Of a DNA stretch of 64,000 nt, positions 8,549 through 17,533 are shown in pieces. Numbering within the stretch: the first letter of the stretch is position 1; each line of letters begins with the position of its first letter. The notes under the pieces were generated by a model. The model worked only from the letters and a program-made list of their open reading frames with translations. It ran no database searches and was not told the origin of the DNA. The stretch is from IMG/VR virus record IMGVR_UViG_3300025372_000639, positions 32,001 through 96,000 of that record. The stretch is one strand, 5' to 3'. The translations under genes were made by a program, and so were the position numbers. This stretch comes from a virus. Its lineage: Duplodnaviria; Caudoviricetes.

Positions 8549-9319
8549 TTAACTATATTTTTCCATTAAGAATGGAACAATAACATCTTGTGCTAATTTC
8601 CGGCTATGATCTTTAGTAGGATGCATAGGAACAAAAGGATAATCTATTACTCGTGTTGACTCGTGATAGTTAGAATCAAAATTATTTAACCAACGTCGAT
8701 CATCTTCATTAACAGGCAGACCACTTTCTTCGACACACCATTCTATAATACTTTTTATTTTGAGAAAATGATCAAAGTTTACTTGCTCAAATAAATGTTT
8801 ATTATTTTGAGTAATAGCATCCGGTAAAACACCCGGAGCAAATGTGGTCATAAAATATTTTATTTTATATTTTTCTAAGAACCATTGTGTTCTAAGTATG
8901 TGTTCTAATGTAATAATTTCTGATTCAGCTTGATCATGTAGATATAGATAATAGTTAGTGCTATATATATCAGTCCAATGATGATTTAAGGTTACCCAAT
9001 TTTTACAACCTGGAATAAAACCTGTTGGATTTTCAGTAGATATTCTATGAATATTATCAAAATCTACTTTGGATTGAAAAACTTCTCTACGGCTATTTCC
9101 GCTCCAAGAAATACCAACTAGTATATCTTCGGGGTTATATGTTTTTAAAGCTTCGGTGACTCCGTAGATAATGGATCTAGAAATTTTTCCATTACCAACA
9201 CTGGTCGTTCCAAAATTATTTAAAGAACATTTAAGCTCTTCAGCTGTTGGATTCGGCCAGTTCTCAGGTCCTGCTGTATAACTACAGCCGCTGGTAATTA
9301 ATAGTTTAATCGGTTTCAT
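8549..9319 (-). CDS. SGNH-hydrolase-like protein
   Basis: GCSYTAG block I, HP near C-terminus. Confidence 0.55.
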   Translation of the reverse strand: MKPIKLLITSGCSYTAGPENWPNPTAEELKCSLNNFGTTSVGNGKISRSIIYGVTEALKTYNPEDILVGISWSGNSRREVFQSKVDFDNIHRISTENPTGFIPGCKNWVTLNHHWTDIYSTNYYLYLHDQAESEIITLEHILRTQWFLEKYKIKYFMTTFAPGVLPDAITQNNKHLFEQVNFDHFLKIKSIIEWCVEESGLPVNEDDRRWLNNFDSNYHESTRVIDYPFVPMHPTKDHSRKLAQDVIVPFLMEKYS

Positions 9320-9362
9320 GTGAGTATTTATACGCATATAATAAATATTTTAACAAACATAT

Positions 9363-9394
9363 GGAATGGTCCCATAATGGTATTGGAGCGGATT
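9363..9394 (+). pseudogene. 5' half of a Ser-type tRNA truncated after U33
   Basis: GGAATGG-TC-CCATAATGGTATTGG-A-GCGGA-TT, then nuclease leader. Confidence 0.65.
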
Positions 9395-9418
9395 AACGCA
9401 AAAATGCTAAATATTTGT

Positions 9419-9997
9419 ATGAAAGCAAAATACGATTGGGAATTCATTCAGTCAGAATATGACAACGGTATGTCGCATAGTCAGCTATATGTCACTTACG
9501 GAGTATCTCCTGGGGCTATACGAATGGCTATTAAACGAGGAGTCTTTAAATCAAGAAACAGAAGTGATGCGGGAAATCTGCATAACTTAACTAAAGCGCC
9601 CGTAAAACATTCTGACGAGTTTAAAGAAACGCAGAGAAAACGAATTATCTCAAGATACGAATCAGGTTGGATGCCCAAGTCAGGGCGATGCAAAAAATAT
9701 AAGCATATCTCGCCCATTGCAGGTGAAGTTTTGTTAGATGGGACTTGGGAACTTGCAGTGGCTAAGTGGTTAGATGAAATGAACTACAACTGGAAACGAA
9801 ACACAAAACGATTCCAGTATGTAAATTTGAAGAACAAAATAAGTCATTACACTCCTGACTTTTGGGTAGAAGAACTAAACGGATACTTAGAGGTCAAGGG
9901 GTATGAGACAGAATTAGACCGTTGTAAATGGTCTCAATTTGTTGACCCGTTAACCGTGTGGAAACGCAACGAGTTAATAGAAATGAAAATAATATAG
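9419..9997 (+). CDS. PD-(D/E)XK homing-type endonuclease
   Basis: YTPDF...YLEVKG motif; N-terminal HTH/NUMOD-like segment (HSDEFK). Confidence 0.8.
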   Translation: MKAKYDWEFIQSEYDNGMSHSQLYVTYGVSPGAIRMAIKRGVFKSRNRSDAGNLHNLTKAPVKHSDEFKETQRKRIISRYESGWMPKSGRCKKYKHISPIAGEVLLDGTWELAVAKWLDEMNYNWKRNTKRFQYVNLKNKISHYTPDFWVEELNGYLEVKGYETELDRCKWSQFVDPLTVWKRNELIEMKII

Positions 9998-10086
9998 TGA
10001 GTTGGATGAGTGGCTTAAATCGGCACCCTGCTAAGGTGTTTCTCTATTAATATGGGACGTGGGTTCGAATCCCACACTCACTGCCA
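9996..10086 (+). tRNA. tRNA-Ser(GCU)
   Basis: loop CTGCTAA, long variable arm, GCCA; overlaps the nuclease stop codon. Confidence 0.92.
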
Positions 10087-10093
10087 AGTTTAT

Positions 10094-10172
10094 CTGTGTG
10101 TAATGTCAGCCAGGTCAGACGGCCCGCCTTGGAAGTGGGAGGTCGCAAGTTCGAATCTTGCCACACAGACCA
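10094..10172 (+). tRNA. tRNA-Pro(UGG)
   Basis: CTGTGTG/CACACAG, loop CTTGGAA. Confidence 0.85.
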
Positions 10173-10177
10173 GTTAT

Positions 10178-10252
10178 TCCCTGGTAGCTCAGCGGTAGAG
10201 CAGTTGGCTGTTAACCAATTGGTCGCTGGTTCGATCCCAGCCTGGGGAGCCA
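10178..10252 (+). tRNA. tRNA-Asn(GUU)
   Basis: loop CTGTTAA, GCCA. Confidence 0.93.
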
Positions 10253-10321
10253 AGTACTCCTATTAGATTCATGTACTTTGTCTAATAGGGAAGGAGAGTG
10301 TACATGCTCTCCGAGAGATTT

Positions 10322-10395
10322 GCTCTTATAGTTAAATGGCATAACGCATCCTTGGTAAGGATGTATTTCAAGTTCGATTCTTGGTAAGAGCACCA
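10322..10395 (+). tRNA. tRNA-Thr(GGU)
   Basis: loop TTGGTAA, ACCA. Confidence 0.92.
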
Positions 10396-11552
10396 AACTC
10401 GGGATAAATCTGTTTATAATCAGTTCCCGCAACTTTATCAAATTCCGATATAAAATCTATAAACATTTGAAATTCTTCTTTAGGTTGTTCTTTCAACAAT
10501 CCTATCGCACTTTTTAATAAATCATCACTTCCGGGTATTGTTAATCTTCCTCGGTAATTAGATAACTTTTCTAGATACATATCTTTGACATTGTCGGGAA
10601 TATTTCCCGGAAATAAAAATTTCTTATCATGCACTATTGACGGATTACAAAATTTAAATTTTGTCTGTAGTGCAACTTCTAAAGAATGTAAAAACTTAAG
10701 AGTATCTGAAACGTATCCTACATTCATAATGCTAATAGTGCTATTGAACCCAAATTTTATTTCAGGATAGTGTTTCCTAATATACTGCATATTTTTATAA
10801 ATTTGATCCCACTTGCTGAGATACCTTATGTACTCTTGTAACTTAGGTGGTCCATCTATGCTTACCGCTAGTATAACAGAAGTGTTCATACTGGAAACAA
10901 TATCGAGTATTTCGTGATTCAATCTTGTTAGGTTGGTGATAAAAACAATTTCTTCTAACTTAGTAGCTTCGTCCTTTATCAATTTTAAAATTTCTAAACA
11001 ATCATTGTCCATCATAGGTTCACCACCTACAAACAACACATGCCGAGTTTCTGAAAAACTTCCTGCAAGAGTTTTAGGGTCAATTGAGTTATCCGAAACA
11101 AACTCTGCATAATATTTTTTTAAATTTGGAGATTTAGAGATAACCTGATTTAATTTAGAACTTTGATTAGGTCCGCACATTCTGCAAGCAAGGTTACATA
11201 TATTCTTTAATCCTATATGAAATATTTTAGGCAATGTAGGATTCTCGGCATCTACCTTGGTAAGTAAATTTTCGTAATCAGTATTCTTTTTATCTTTATA
11301 AGAAAATACATCATCCGATATATGACATGCTTTACACTTGTCAATTGTATCGCCGTTTATCATTTGGCTTCTTAAATCTTTAAAATTTTGATTAAACCAC
11401 GTTACTGGAAATTCAGTTTCTTTTAAAGATCCTAAATTGCCTTCGTACTTACAGCACACTCCTACCAAGTCGTTGTGTAATTGAATTTCAGCTAATATCC
11501 AAGGTAGACTACATGCTCCTTTTTCTTTAACTATTTTATCTAATGGTATCAT
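10368..11552 (-). CDS. radical SAM protein with N-terminal SPASM/twitch-like Cys domain
   Basis: CNLACRMC, GGEP, SIDG; N-terminal C..PW...CC...CxxC. Confidence 0.85.
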   Translation of the reverse strand: MIPLDKIVKEKGACSLPWILAEIQLHNDLVGVCCKYEGNLGSLKETEFPVTWFNQNFKDLRSQMINGDTIDKCKACHISDDVFSYKDKKNTDYENLLTKVDAENPTLPKIFHIGLKNICNLACRMCGPNQSSKLNQVISKSPNLKKYYAEFVSDNSIDPKTLAGSFSETRHVLFVGGEPMMDNDCLEILKLIKDEATKLEEIVFITNLTRLNHEILDIVSSMNTSVILAVSIDGPPKLQEYIRYLSKWDQIYKNMQYIRKHYPEIKFGFNSTISIMNVGYVSDTLKFLHSLEVALQTKFKFCNPSIVHDKKFLFPGNIPDNVKDMYLEKLSNYRGRLTIPGSDDLLKSAIGLLKEQPKEEFQMFIDFISEFDKVAGTDYKQIYPEFGALTKNRT

Positions 11553-11571
11553 GTGGACTATAAATATTTTA

Positions 11572-12294
11572 ATGAGATCCGATCAAGACATTGCCAAAAT
11601 CAAATCAAGATTTTCAGAACCCTATTCTATTTATGGGTTCCTTACACAGGAAGAAATATCTCATTTGATCTCTATATTTGATTCCAACAACGAAAATATT
11701 ATCAAAGGATACGAGGGGAAAATTAAAAAGAACACAGGGCCGGTTACATTAAACTTGGATCCATTCTTAGATGATCCTGTTATCAAAAGCATATTTGAAA
11801 AATTAAAAACCTACATAGGTGAGTTTGAATTAAATGCAGGATTCTTTTTTAAGACAGATTACCCCCATATCATACATAACGACGATACTTTTGACCTCAA
11901 CGATGTTTATAAAGGTATCACAATTCCTCTTGCCTTAGAAGGCACATATACAGAGCTTCCTAAGTTATGTTTTTTTGATCAATGTTATTTCCAAGGACCT
12001 ACAAAGTTCTTTAACGGAAGTGCTAACATTCCTACATACTACAACAAGCAACTTTACGAGTATTCTACTCTAGAAGGAACCGTAGACGAACCGTTTGATA
12101 AAAAAATATACAGAGAATTGTTTACTCATCTAAATCCTAAATGGTTAGAAGGTTTGAGTTTATACAGAACATTAGAATGGCGTCCTACTACTGCTTTGAT
12201 ATTTGATAGTGTTAGATTACATTGTGCTAGTGATTTTAGACGTTTAGGAATAGAATCTAAATTGGCTATAAGTATTTTCACAAGAAAAGTTTAA
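11572..12294 (+). CDS. 2OG-Fe(II) oxygenase-like protein
   Basis: IHND, FDSVRLHC, KLAISIF. Confidence 0.6.
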   Translation: MRSDQDIAKIKSRFSEPYSIYGFLTQEEISHLISIFDSNNENIIKGYEGKIKKNTGPVTLNLDPFLDDPVIKSIFEKLKTYIGEFELNAGFFFKTDYPHIIHNDDTFDLNDVYKGITIPLALEGTYTELPKLCFFDQCYFQGPTKFFNGSANIPTYYNKQLYEYSTLEGTVDEPFDKKIYRELFTHLNPKWLEGLSLYRTLEWRPTTALIFDSVRLHCASDFRRLGIESKLAISIFTRKV

Positions 12295-12295
12295 T

Positions 12296-12778
12296 ATGTT
12301 CTCATACCAATATATTGATAATTTAGATCCTACTGAAATTAAAAGGATGCAGGATCTATATCTAAAAGCAACATCGGATCCTAAATTTCACTTTCAATAT
12401 GTAGATATAAATGCCACACACTTCATGGGTATGGAAATAGAAAAGACGGTATTAATTACCGTGCATCCCGGATATCCGTTGCCTATGCACATAGATCAAA
12501 GAGAAGGACTTGCATTAAATATTCCATTGTTAAACTGCGAACATACAATAACTGAATTATGGCAATGCGATCAGCCGCATAAAGTAGGATATACTACCAA
12601 CGGCATTCCTTATTTTTACTACTCTCCTGATACAATTAAAACTAAAATAGGAGAATTTGTTTTAACAAGACCTGTGCTATTTGATGTTAGGGTACCACAT
12701 TCGGTTACCAATAATGGTCGCAAATCGAGATTGGCAATCAGCCTTAGGTTTAAGGAAGACCCGTGGCACTTGATTTAA
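12296..12778 (+). CDS. 2OG-Fe(II) oxygenase/cupin-like protein
   Basis: MHID, VPHSV.N...R.AISLRF. Confidence 0.65.
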   Translation: MFSYQYIDNLDPTEIKRMQDLYLKATSDPKFHFQYVDINATHFMGMEIEKTVLITVHPGYPLPMHIDQREGLALNIPLLNCEHTITELWQCDQPHKVGYTTNGIPYFYYSPDTIKTKIGEFVLTRPVLFDVRVPHSVTNNGRKSRLAISLRFKEDPWHLI

Positions 12779-13299
12779 CTTCATTCCGTTGGCAATACCT
12801 TGACATAAACGACGATTATCTAACTGAAATTAGAGAACGGTGTTTGTTAGCATTGCCCAATAATAAAATACACTTCCAACAATTTGATGTATCGATAAAA
12901 GAATTTCTAGGAATGGAAGTAAACAATGTAGTAATAGTTCAGATACCTCCGAGATTTATGCAAGAAATTCATGCAGACTTTCGACCTGATAATAACGTAT
13001 TGGCAATAAATTTTCCTTTAATAAATTGTCAAGATGCGGTAACTGAAATGTGGGAAAGTAACGAATCAACTTTGTTAACTGAAAGGTTAGGGTATCCTAC
13101 AAATTTAGCAAGGAGAGGTGCTTGTAAAAAAATAGATCAGTTCATAGTAGACAGACCTGTTATATTCAATACAAAAATCTTACACTCAGTTAGAAACAAC
13201 TCAAGGAATACTAGGATTGCAGTTAGTCTTAGATTTAAAAACGATCCTTGGCACTTAATAGATCAGCAGCCTGATCAAATGACTGATAAAACTCTGTAA
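12763..13299 (+). CDS. 2OG-Fe(II) oxygenase/cupin-like protein (tandem paralog)
   Basis: IHAD, LHSV.N...RIAVSLRF..DPWHLI shared with previous ORF. Confidence 0.65.
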   Translation: MALDLTSFRWQYLDINDDYLTEIRERCLLALPNNKIHFQQFDVSIKEFLGMEVNNVVIVQIPPRFMQEIHADFRPDNNVLAINFPLINCQDAVTEMWESNESTLLTERLGYPTNLARRGACKKIDQFIVDRPVIFNTKILHSVRNNSRNTRIAVSLRFKNDPWHLIDQQPDQMTDKTL

Positions 13300-13741
13300 G
13301 ATCAATAGTTAAAGATATCCTATCTGGTCCTATTATATTTCGAACGCCGTGGTGAACACCATTATTAAACAGATACCAGGTTCTTAATTTCATTTTATAA
13401 GATGATATTTCTTCTAATTCATTATTGTAAAAAGAAGTTTCAGCCAACCCTTTTATGGTATACATTGCTGTTAATTTTCTATGCACATCAACGTGGGGCG
13501 GCAAATCTCCTGTAATTCGTTGAATAGACATAAAATTAAAATACTTCGGATCTAATGTGCTGTTTGAAAATAGTTGTTTAAAAAAATGTTCTTTATCTTT
13601 AAAATTCCATAAATTTCTGTAGGCAGATTTTTGTGTGTTCGAAGGGTGTGTTTGATCTTTAATGTTTGAGTAATAGCATTCTATAATAGCAGGTTCTCTA
13701 TTGACATCGATAGGGTCAAATGGTAACTCTAAACAAAACAT
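13235..13741 (-). CDS. 2OG-Fe(II) oxygenase/cupin-like protein
   Basis: PHVD, HHGV.N...RISLTI. Confidence 0.6.
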   Translation of the reverse strand: MFCLELPFDPIDVNREPAIIECYYSNIKDQTHPSNTQKSAYRNLWNFKDKEHFFKQLFSNSTLDPKYFNFMSIQRITGDLPPHVDVHRKLTAMYTIKGLAETSFYNNELEEISSYKMKLRTWYLFNNGVHHGVRNIIGPDRISLTIDLTEFYQSFDQAADLLSAKDRF

Positions 13742-13742
13742 A

Positions 13743-14438
13743 TTAATGTGTATAGGCTAAATTTGCAATGACCTTTGCTACATTAGAAGTAGTAAAAGGA
13801 ACATTAAGAATTAGGTGTTGACTATTATCAACCCAACTAATAGTTCTATGTGTCATGCGTGTATTGACATAATATACTTGGCCGGGTTGAATAAACATCT
13901 TTCTTCCGTCCATGATCCAATCGTATTGATCAGGACCAACATTATTTAAGAACACAATCAATCTAAAGCACTCCCGTGGCATACTAGGATGATCACGGTG
14001 TGGAACAAAGTATCCGCCTGTATTGCTTTGCACAATAAATGTACGGCCTAAAGGTTGAAACATATCAAGGAACAGGTGTAGGCTTGTACAAGCACGGTAA
14101 ACATCAGTAGGTTCATTAAATTCAAGTTCGCTAAGTTTACGACCTGCCGCATAACTTGCTTCAGCTAGACTAGGAACATCAGTATGTGTTTTATCCGGTA
14201 GGTTGGTCAATGTCAATGCTCGTCGATTGTTAGGACGATCAGTTCGTGGCAAGTAGTCAACCCAGTCGCTATCAAATTGACTGATCTCTTGCATATACTT
14301 ACCCAGGTCAATATTAATTTTTAAAGGTTCGAAAGGTCCTAAATTTAACAAGGCTAGTTCGTTTGCCATATCGCTAGGTTTTACTAATCCTGTGTATTGT
14401 GCAGACTGCCCGCTAATTCCTGGTGGTACTTTATTCAT
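13743..14438 (-). CDS. 2OG-Fe(II) oxygenase-like protein
   Basis: PHRD, YVNT..THRT. Confidence 0.6.
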   Translation of the reverse strand: MNKVPPGISGQSAQYTGLVKPSDMANELALLNLGPFEPLKINIDLGKYMQEISQFDSDWVDYLPRTDRPNNRRALTLTNLPDKTHTDVPSLAEASYAAGRKLSELEFNEPTDVYRACTSLHLFLDMFQPLGRTFIVQSNTGGYFVPHRDHPSMPRECFRLIVFLNNVGPDQYDWIMDGRKMFIQPGQVYYVNTRMTHRTISWVDNSQHLILNVPFTTSNVAKVIANLAYTH

Positions 14439-15007
14439 TTTGTTCCTGTGTCTACTTTATCTAATTGTTTAAATGCCCATGCACGTTCAGTACATTGCCA
14501 ACACCGACCGCATCTACCAATCTTTTTCTCAGTGCATGAGTGAGTTATATCTGCAAGGTCTTCCTGCCCTTCGTCAAGCATGATCTTAATTATTTCATCT
14601 TTGAGCATATGAGCAAATGGATATAGAAGTTTTGGATCAGTGCTTTCTAATTTACGTTTAGGAGCACCATTTAAGTTATCTAGTTCGGGAGGGTTTGTAT
14701 TTACTCCCATAAACAGATAATCTACTTTATGGTTTTTAAATATTTCTATAATTGCTGTTGTACTTTGCTCAGTGTGATGTGCATCAGGATTACCTACAAA
14801 AATGGTGCGAGGAATAGATAATCCAAATTTTTTATTAAAATGATCAATTATCAGGTCTGCATAAAGAGCAGAACCGTCATGCTTTGGAATTGTAAAAGGC
14901 TGTAAGTTAATTGTTGAACATTGTTTTATCAACAAGTAAAGTAATACAGCACTATCTAACCCACCGCTCAACAACAACCCATATTTTTTTGTAGGATCAA
15001 GATTCAT
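14435..15007 (-). CDS. queC: QueC-like PP-loop ATPase (7-cyano-7-deazaguanine synthase)
   Basis: LSGGLDS, THSC...CGRCWQC..R. Confidence 0.7.
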   Translation of the reverse strand: MNLDPTKKYGLLLSGGLDSAVLLYLLIKQCSTINLQPFTIPKHDGSALYADLIIDHFNKKFGLSIPRTIFVGNPDAHHTEQSTTAIIEIFKNHKVDYLFMGVNTNPPELDNLNGAPKRKLESTDPKLLYPFAHMLKDEIIKIMLDEGQEDLADITHSCTEKKIGRCGRCWQCTERAWAFKQLDKVDTGTK

Positions 15008-15707
15008 TTGGTGGGGTCCAATATATAGTCCTATCTTTAAACTTGTTAGACGAGTTTAAAATAAGATTCTTTGTTGCGGGCGGTAATTGGGATATTCTCA
15101 ATGATGATATTATCAATACAGCTAATCTAGGAATATTTTTCTTTTTAGTACTGACTGCATGTACCGCATTTATGTTGTTTAAAAAATTTGCTTGAGGTCC
15201 GGGAACTGGCACTACGGTATGCATAACGTCTTGTTGTACTTTGTCACAAATTCCTGTTCTAGGAATTACACCTAACTCTTTTCTACTATTAAATTTTTTA
15301 GTGGTAGGTTTTATTAGCAAGTCTGCATTTTCTGCATCAGAATTTTCCAGATACAATCTAAGTCCGGATTCGTCAGGATCTGCATGCCAGAACCCAATTC
15401 CTTCAAAATCAGTTCTAAGTGGTAAGAAGCAAACAACTTCTAGGTCATTTTCATCTAGCCCAAACGCTTCATAAAAGAACTTTGCTAATTCTGGGAACTG
15501 CTGAGAGAAACCGTTTAGCCATTGTGTATCCTGTCTAGCATACACAATATTCCAAGGATATCGGTTGCCCAAAAGTTGACTGGCATCTTTTTCGTGACTT
15601 ACTTCTTGACTTTGATTTTTGGCTATCCATGCCTTGATATCGGAAATATCAAATTGAGGCAAAGGAGGAATGTCCAAGGGAGTGTATAATATATCTGTAA
15701 TATCCAT
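14997..15707 (-). CDS. 2OG-Fe(II) oxygenase-like protein
   Basis: WHAD, NN..AVHAV...R. Confidence 0.5.
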   Translation of the reverse strand: MDITDILYTPLDIPPLPQFDISDIKAWIAKNQSQEVSHEKDASQLLGNRYPWNIVYARQDTQWLNGFSQQFPELAKFFYEAFGLDENDLEVVCFLPLRTDFEGIGFWHADPDESGLRLYLENSDAENADLLIKPTTKKFNSRKELGVIPRTGICDKVQQDVMHTVVPVPGPQANFLNNINAVHAVSTKKKNIPRLAVLIISSLRISQLPPATKNLILNSSNKFKDRTIYWTPPNES

Positions 15708-15750
15708 AGCAATATTTACAACGTTGTCTTTTTACAACAACCAAAAGTGG

Positions 15751-15779
15751 TTGACAGGTAAATAGAAAGACGTTACAAT
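15751..15779 (+). promoter_or_regulatory. sigma70-type promoter
   Basis: TTGACA-17-TACAAT. Confidence 0.75.
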
Positions 15780-15832
15780 ATACACATACGTTAAGCAATT
15801 AACACCGCTCTTTAAAAATGTAACGCACAATT

Positions 15833-15908
15833 GTCCCGTTCGTCTAGTGGCCTAGGACACCAGCCTTTCACGTTGGGTACACGAGTTCGAATCTCGTACG
15901 GGACGCCA
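15833..15908 (+). tRNA. tRNA-Glu(UUC)
   Basis: loop CTTTCAC, GCCA. Confidence 0.93.
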
Positions 15909-16053
15909 TTATAAAGTGTTATCAAGGTATCGTCTATGGACGCATAGACTATGCGGGTCCAACCGGCCGGGAACGGATCCTAATATAACTGCATCGGCTT
16001 TGTCAAGTTAGCTACTTCACGACTAAATTTGCACGATAGCACTTTATAATGGC
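15905..16053 (+). ncRNA. long-stem structured ncRNA
   Basis: 19-bp terminal stem GCCATTATAAAGTGTTATC/GATAGCACTTTATAATGGC; internal hairpins such as GTCTATG/CATAGAC. Confidence 0.6.
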
Positions 16054-16060
16054 AAATAAT

Positions 16061-16083
16061 GCGAGTGTGGTGAAATAGGTAGA
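16061..16083 (+). pseudogene. 5' fragment of disrupted Leu-type tRNA
   Basis: GCGAGTG-TG-GTGAAATAGGTAGA; acceptor strand pairs with CACTCGC at 16703-16709. Confidence 0.75.
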
Positions 16084-16100
16084 ATGATAAATAACATTAT

Positions 16101-16589
16101 ATGTTTACTATCTATAAAACTACAAATAAACTTAACGGACGATACTACATTGGTGTAACTAATGGTAGAAATAAATCGTACAAGGGATCAGGTACAGCGT
16201 TAAAAACAGCTATTAAGAAGTACGGTGGTAATAACTTTATTACTGAAACTTTAGAAGTGTTTGATAACGAAGAAGACATGTTCAACAGAGAGGCAGAAAT
16301 AGTCAATGAAGACTTCGTCGCCAATCCGTTAACTTATAATATGAAGTTAGGCGGCAGAGGAGGACGAGGGTCTACTAAAACCGATATACACAAAGCAAAT
16401 ATATCAAAGTCTATCTTAAAGAAGAAAGAAGAAGGTACACTTGTAAGTAACGGTGGCAGAAAACTTAAAATGTCTGTAGAAGAAATATCGAAGTTAGTTG
16501 ATACATTTGGAATAGTAGGAGCGGCTGCTCATGTAAATGAACCGTACAATACTTTCAGAAGTCGATACTATACTGCTAAAAAGAAATAA
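16101..16589 (+). CDS. GIY-YIG homing endonuclease (Seg-like)
   Basis: TIYKTTN...YYIG...YKGSG...E...YN...GG. Confidence 0.9.
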   Translation: MFTIYKTTNKLNGRYYIGVTNGRNKSYKGSGTALKTAIKKYGGNNFITETLEVFDNEEDMFNREAEIVNEDFVANPLTYNMKLGGRGGRGSTKTDIHKANISKSILKKKEEGTLVSNGGRKLKMSVEEISKLVDTFGIVGAAAHVNEPYNTFRSRYYTAKKK

Positions 16590-16590
16590 T

Positions 16591-16675
16591 GCTCCGATGA
16601 TGAAATAGGTAACCATAGCAGACTTAAAATCTGCCGCTTAACGGCTTCCCGGTTCGATTCCGGGTCGGAGCACCA
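16591..16675 (+). tRNA. tRNA-Leu(UAA)
   Basis: loop CTTAAAA, long variable arm, ACCA. Confidence 0.93.
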
Positions 16676-16687
16676 AGCATTTGCGAA

Positions 16688-16713
16688 CGGTTCGATTCCG
16701 GCCACTCGCACCA
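16688..16713 (+). pseudogene. 3' fragment of disrupted Leu-type tRNA
   Basis: CGG-TTCGATT-CCGGC-CACTCGC-ACCA. Confidence 0.75.
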
Positions 16714-16719
16714 AATACT

Positions 16720-16803
16720 GGAGTAGAAGCATCAATGGTGATGCAGCGGTCTGTAACACCGCCGCCTCTGGCACGCCCGGTTCGATCCCAGGATACTCCA
16801 CCA
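16720..16803 (+). tRNA. tRNA-Tyr(GUA)
   Basis: loop CTGTAAC, long variable arm, ACCA. Confidence 0.85.
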
Positions 16804-16806
16804 AGT

Positions 16807-17361
16807 TTAAGAAACTATATAATCTTTAAATAGATCAACAGCTTCAGACCAAGTTAATGATCTAGCATTGCTTCTCATGCTGACTGCATATCTGTCTCCA
16901 GTTCCAGTTGCTCTGTGAGTAACTGATGCATTGATTAGATATGCTCCAGGTTCCATATTGTAAACCTTGTAGGCAGGTTTTGTAACCTTACAATTGATTC
17001 GTTTATAAATTCCTGTTAAGTCTACAATTGGATCAGAAAACTCAACATCCTCGTGCAACCAATATTCTAGATTACCTGTTCCTCCATGGATCCAGTTAAT
17101 TGCATATCTAGCACGTTCGTTTGATTGATGTACTCGTACATCATCAAGGTGTACATCACCTGTGAAATCTTTTTTAAAGAATACACTTAGTATATCCCAA
17201 GGTACTCCATTAAAATTTAACCATTCCGGTTTAATGAAGTCTTTAGGATCATACACTTTGTATTGAGCTTTTCCTGTTGCATCAAATAATTTTTGATGAA
17301 CATCTGGGTTAATAACATCGATTAACGATGGTAGATTTAATCGGTAAACAAATTCTAACAT
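16807..17361 (-). CDS. 2OG-Fe(II) oxygenase/cupin-like protein
   Basis: VHLD, AINW, THRA...RYAVSMR. Confidence 0.6.
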   Translation of the reverse strand: MLEFVYRLNLPSLIDVINPDVHQKLFDATGKAQYKVYDPKDFIKPEWLNFNGVPWDILSVFFKKDFTGDVHLDDVRVHQSNERARYAINWIHGGTGNLEYWLHEDVEFSDPIVDLTGIYKRINCKVTKPAYKVYNMEPGAYLINASVTHRATGTGDRYAVSMRSNARSLTWSEAVDLFKDYIVS

Positions 17362-17381
17362 ACAAATATTTATTGCAGGTA

Positions 17382-17410
17382 TTGACAATATATAAATATC
17401 CTGCTACAAT
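17382..17410 (+). promoter_or_regulatory. sigma70-type promoter
   Basis: TTGACA-17-TACAAT. Confidence 0.7.
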
Positions 17411-17426
17411 TAATTTTTTAACAAAT

Positions 17427-17511
17427 GCCCCGGTGATGTAACTGGTAGCCATGCGAGTCTTAGAAGCTCGTGCCGTGAGGCGTGTCGGTTCGAGTCCGAC
17501 CTGGGGCACCA
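17427..17511 (+). tRNA. tRNA-Leu(UAG)
   Basis: loop CTTAGAA, long variable arm, ACCA. Confidence 0.93.
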
Positions 17512-17533
17512 AAATTTTAACAGAAAGAGTAAT

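Noticed and set aside
16061-16713. Group I intron carrying the GIY-YIG ORF
   Set aside because: No room for a ribozyme core, and joining the flanks would not restore an anticodon arm
2816-17511. Anticodons TGA, TAA and TAG as stop suppressors or a sign of genetic recoding
   Set aside because: They read UCA, UUA and CUA; no CTA/TTA/TCA anticodon was found, and ORFs are intact in the standard code with all three stops used
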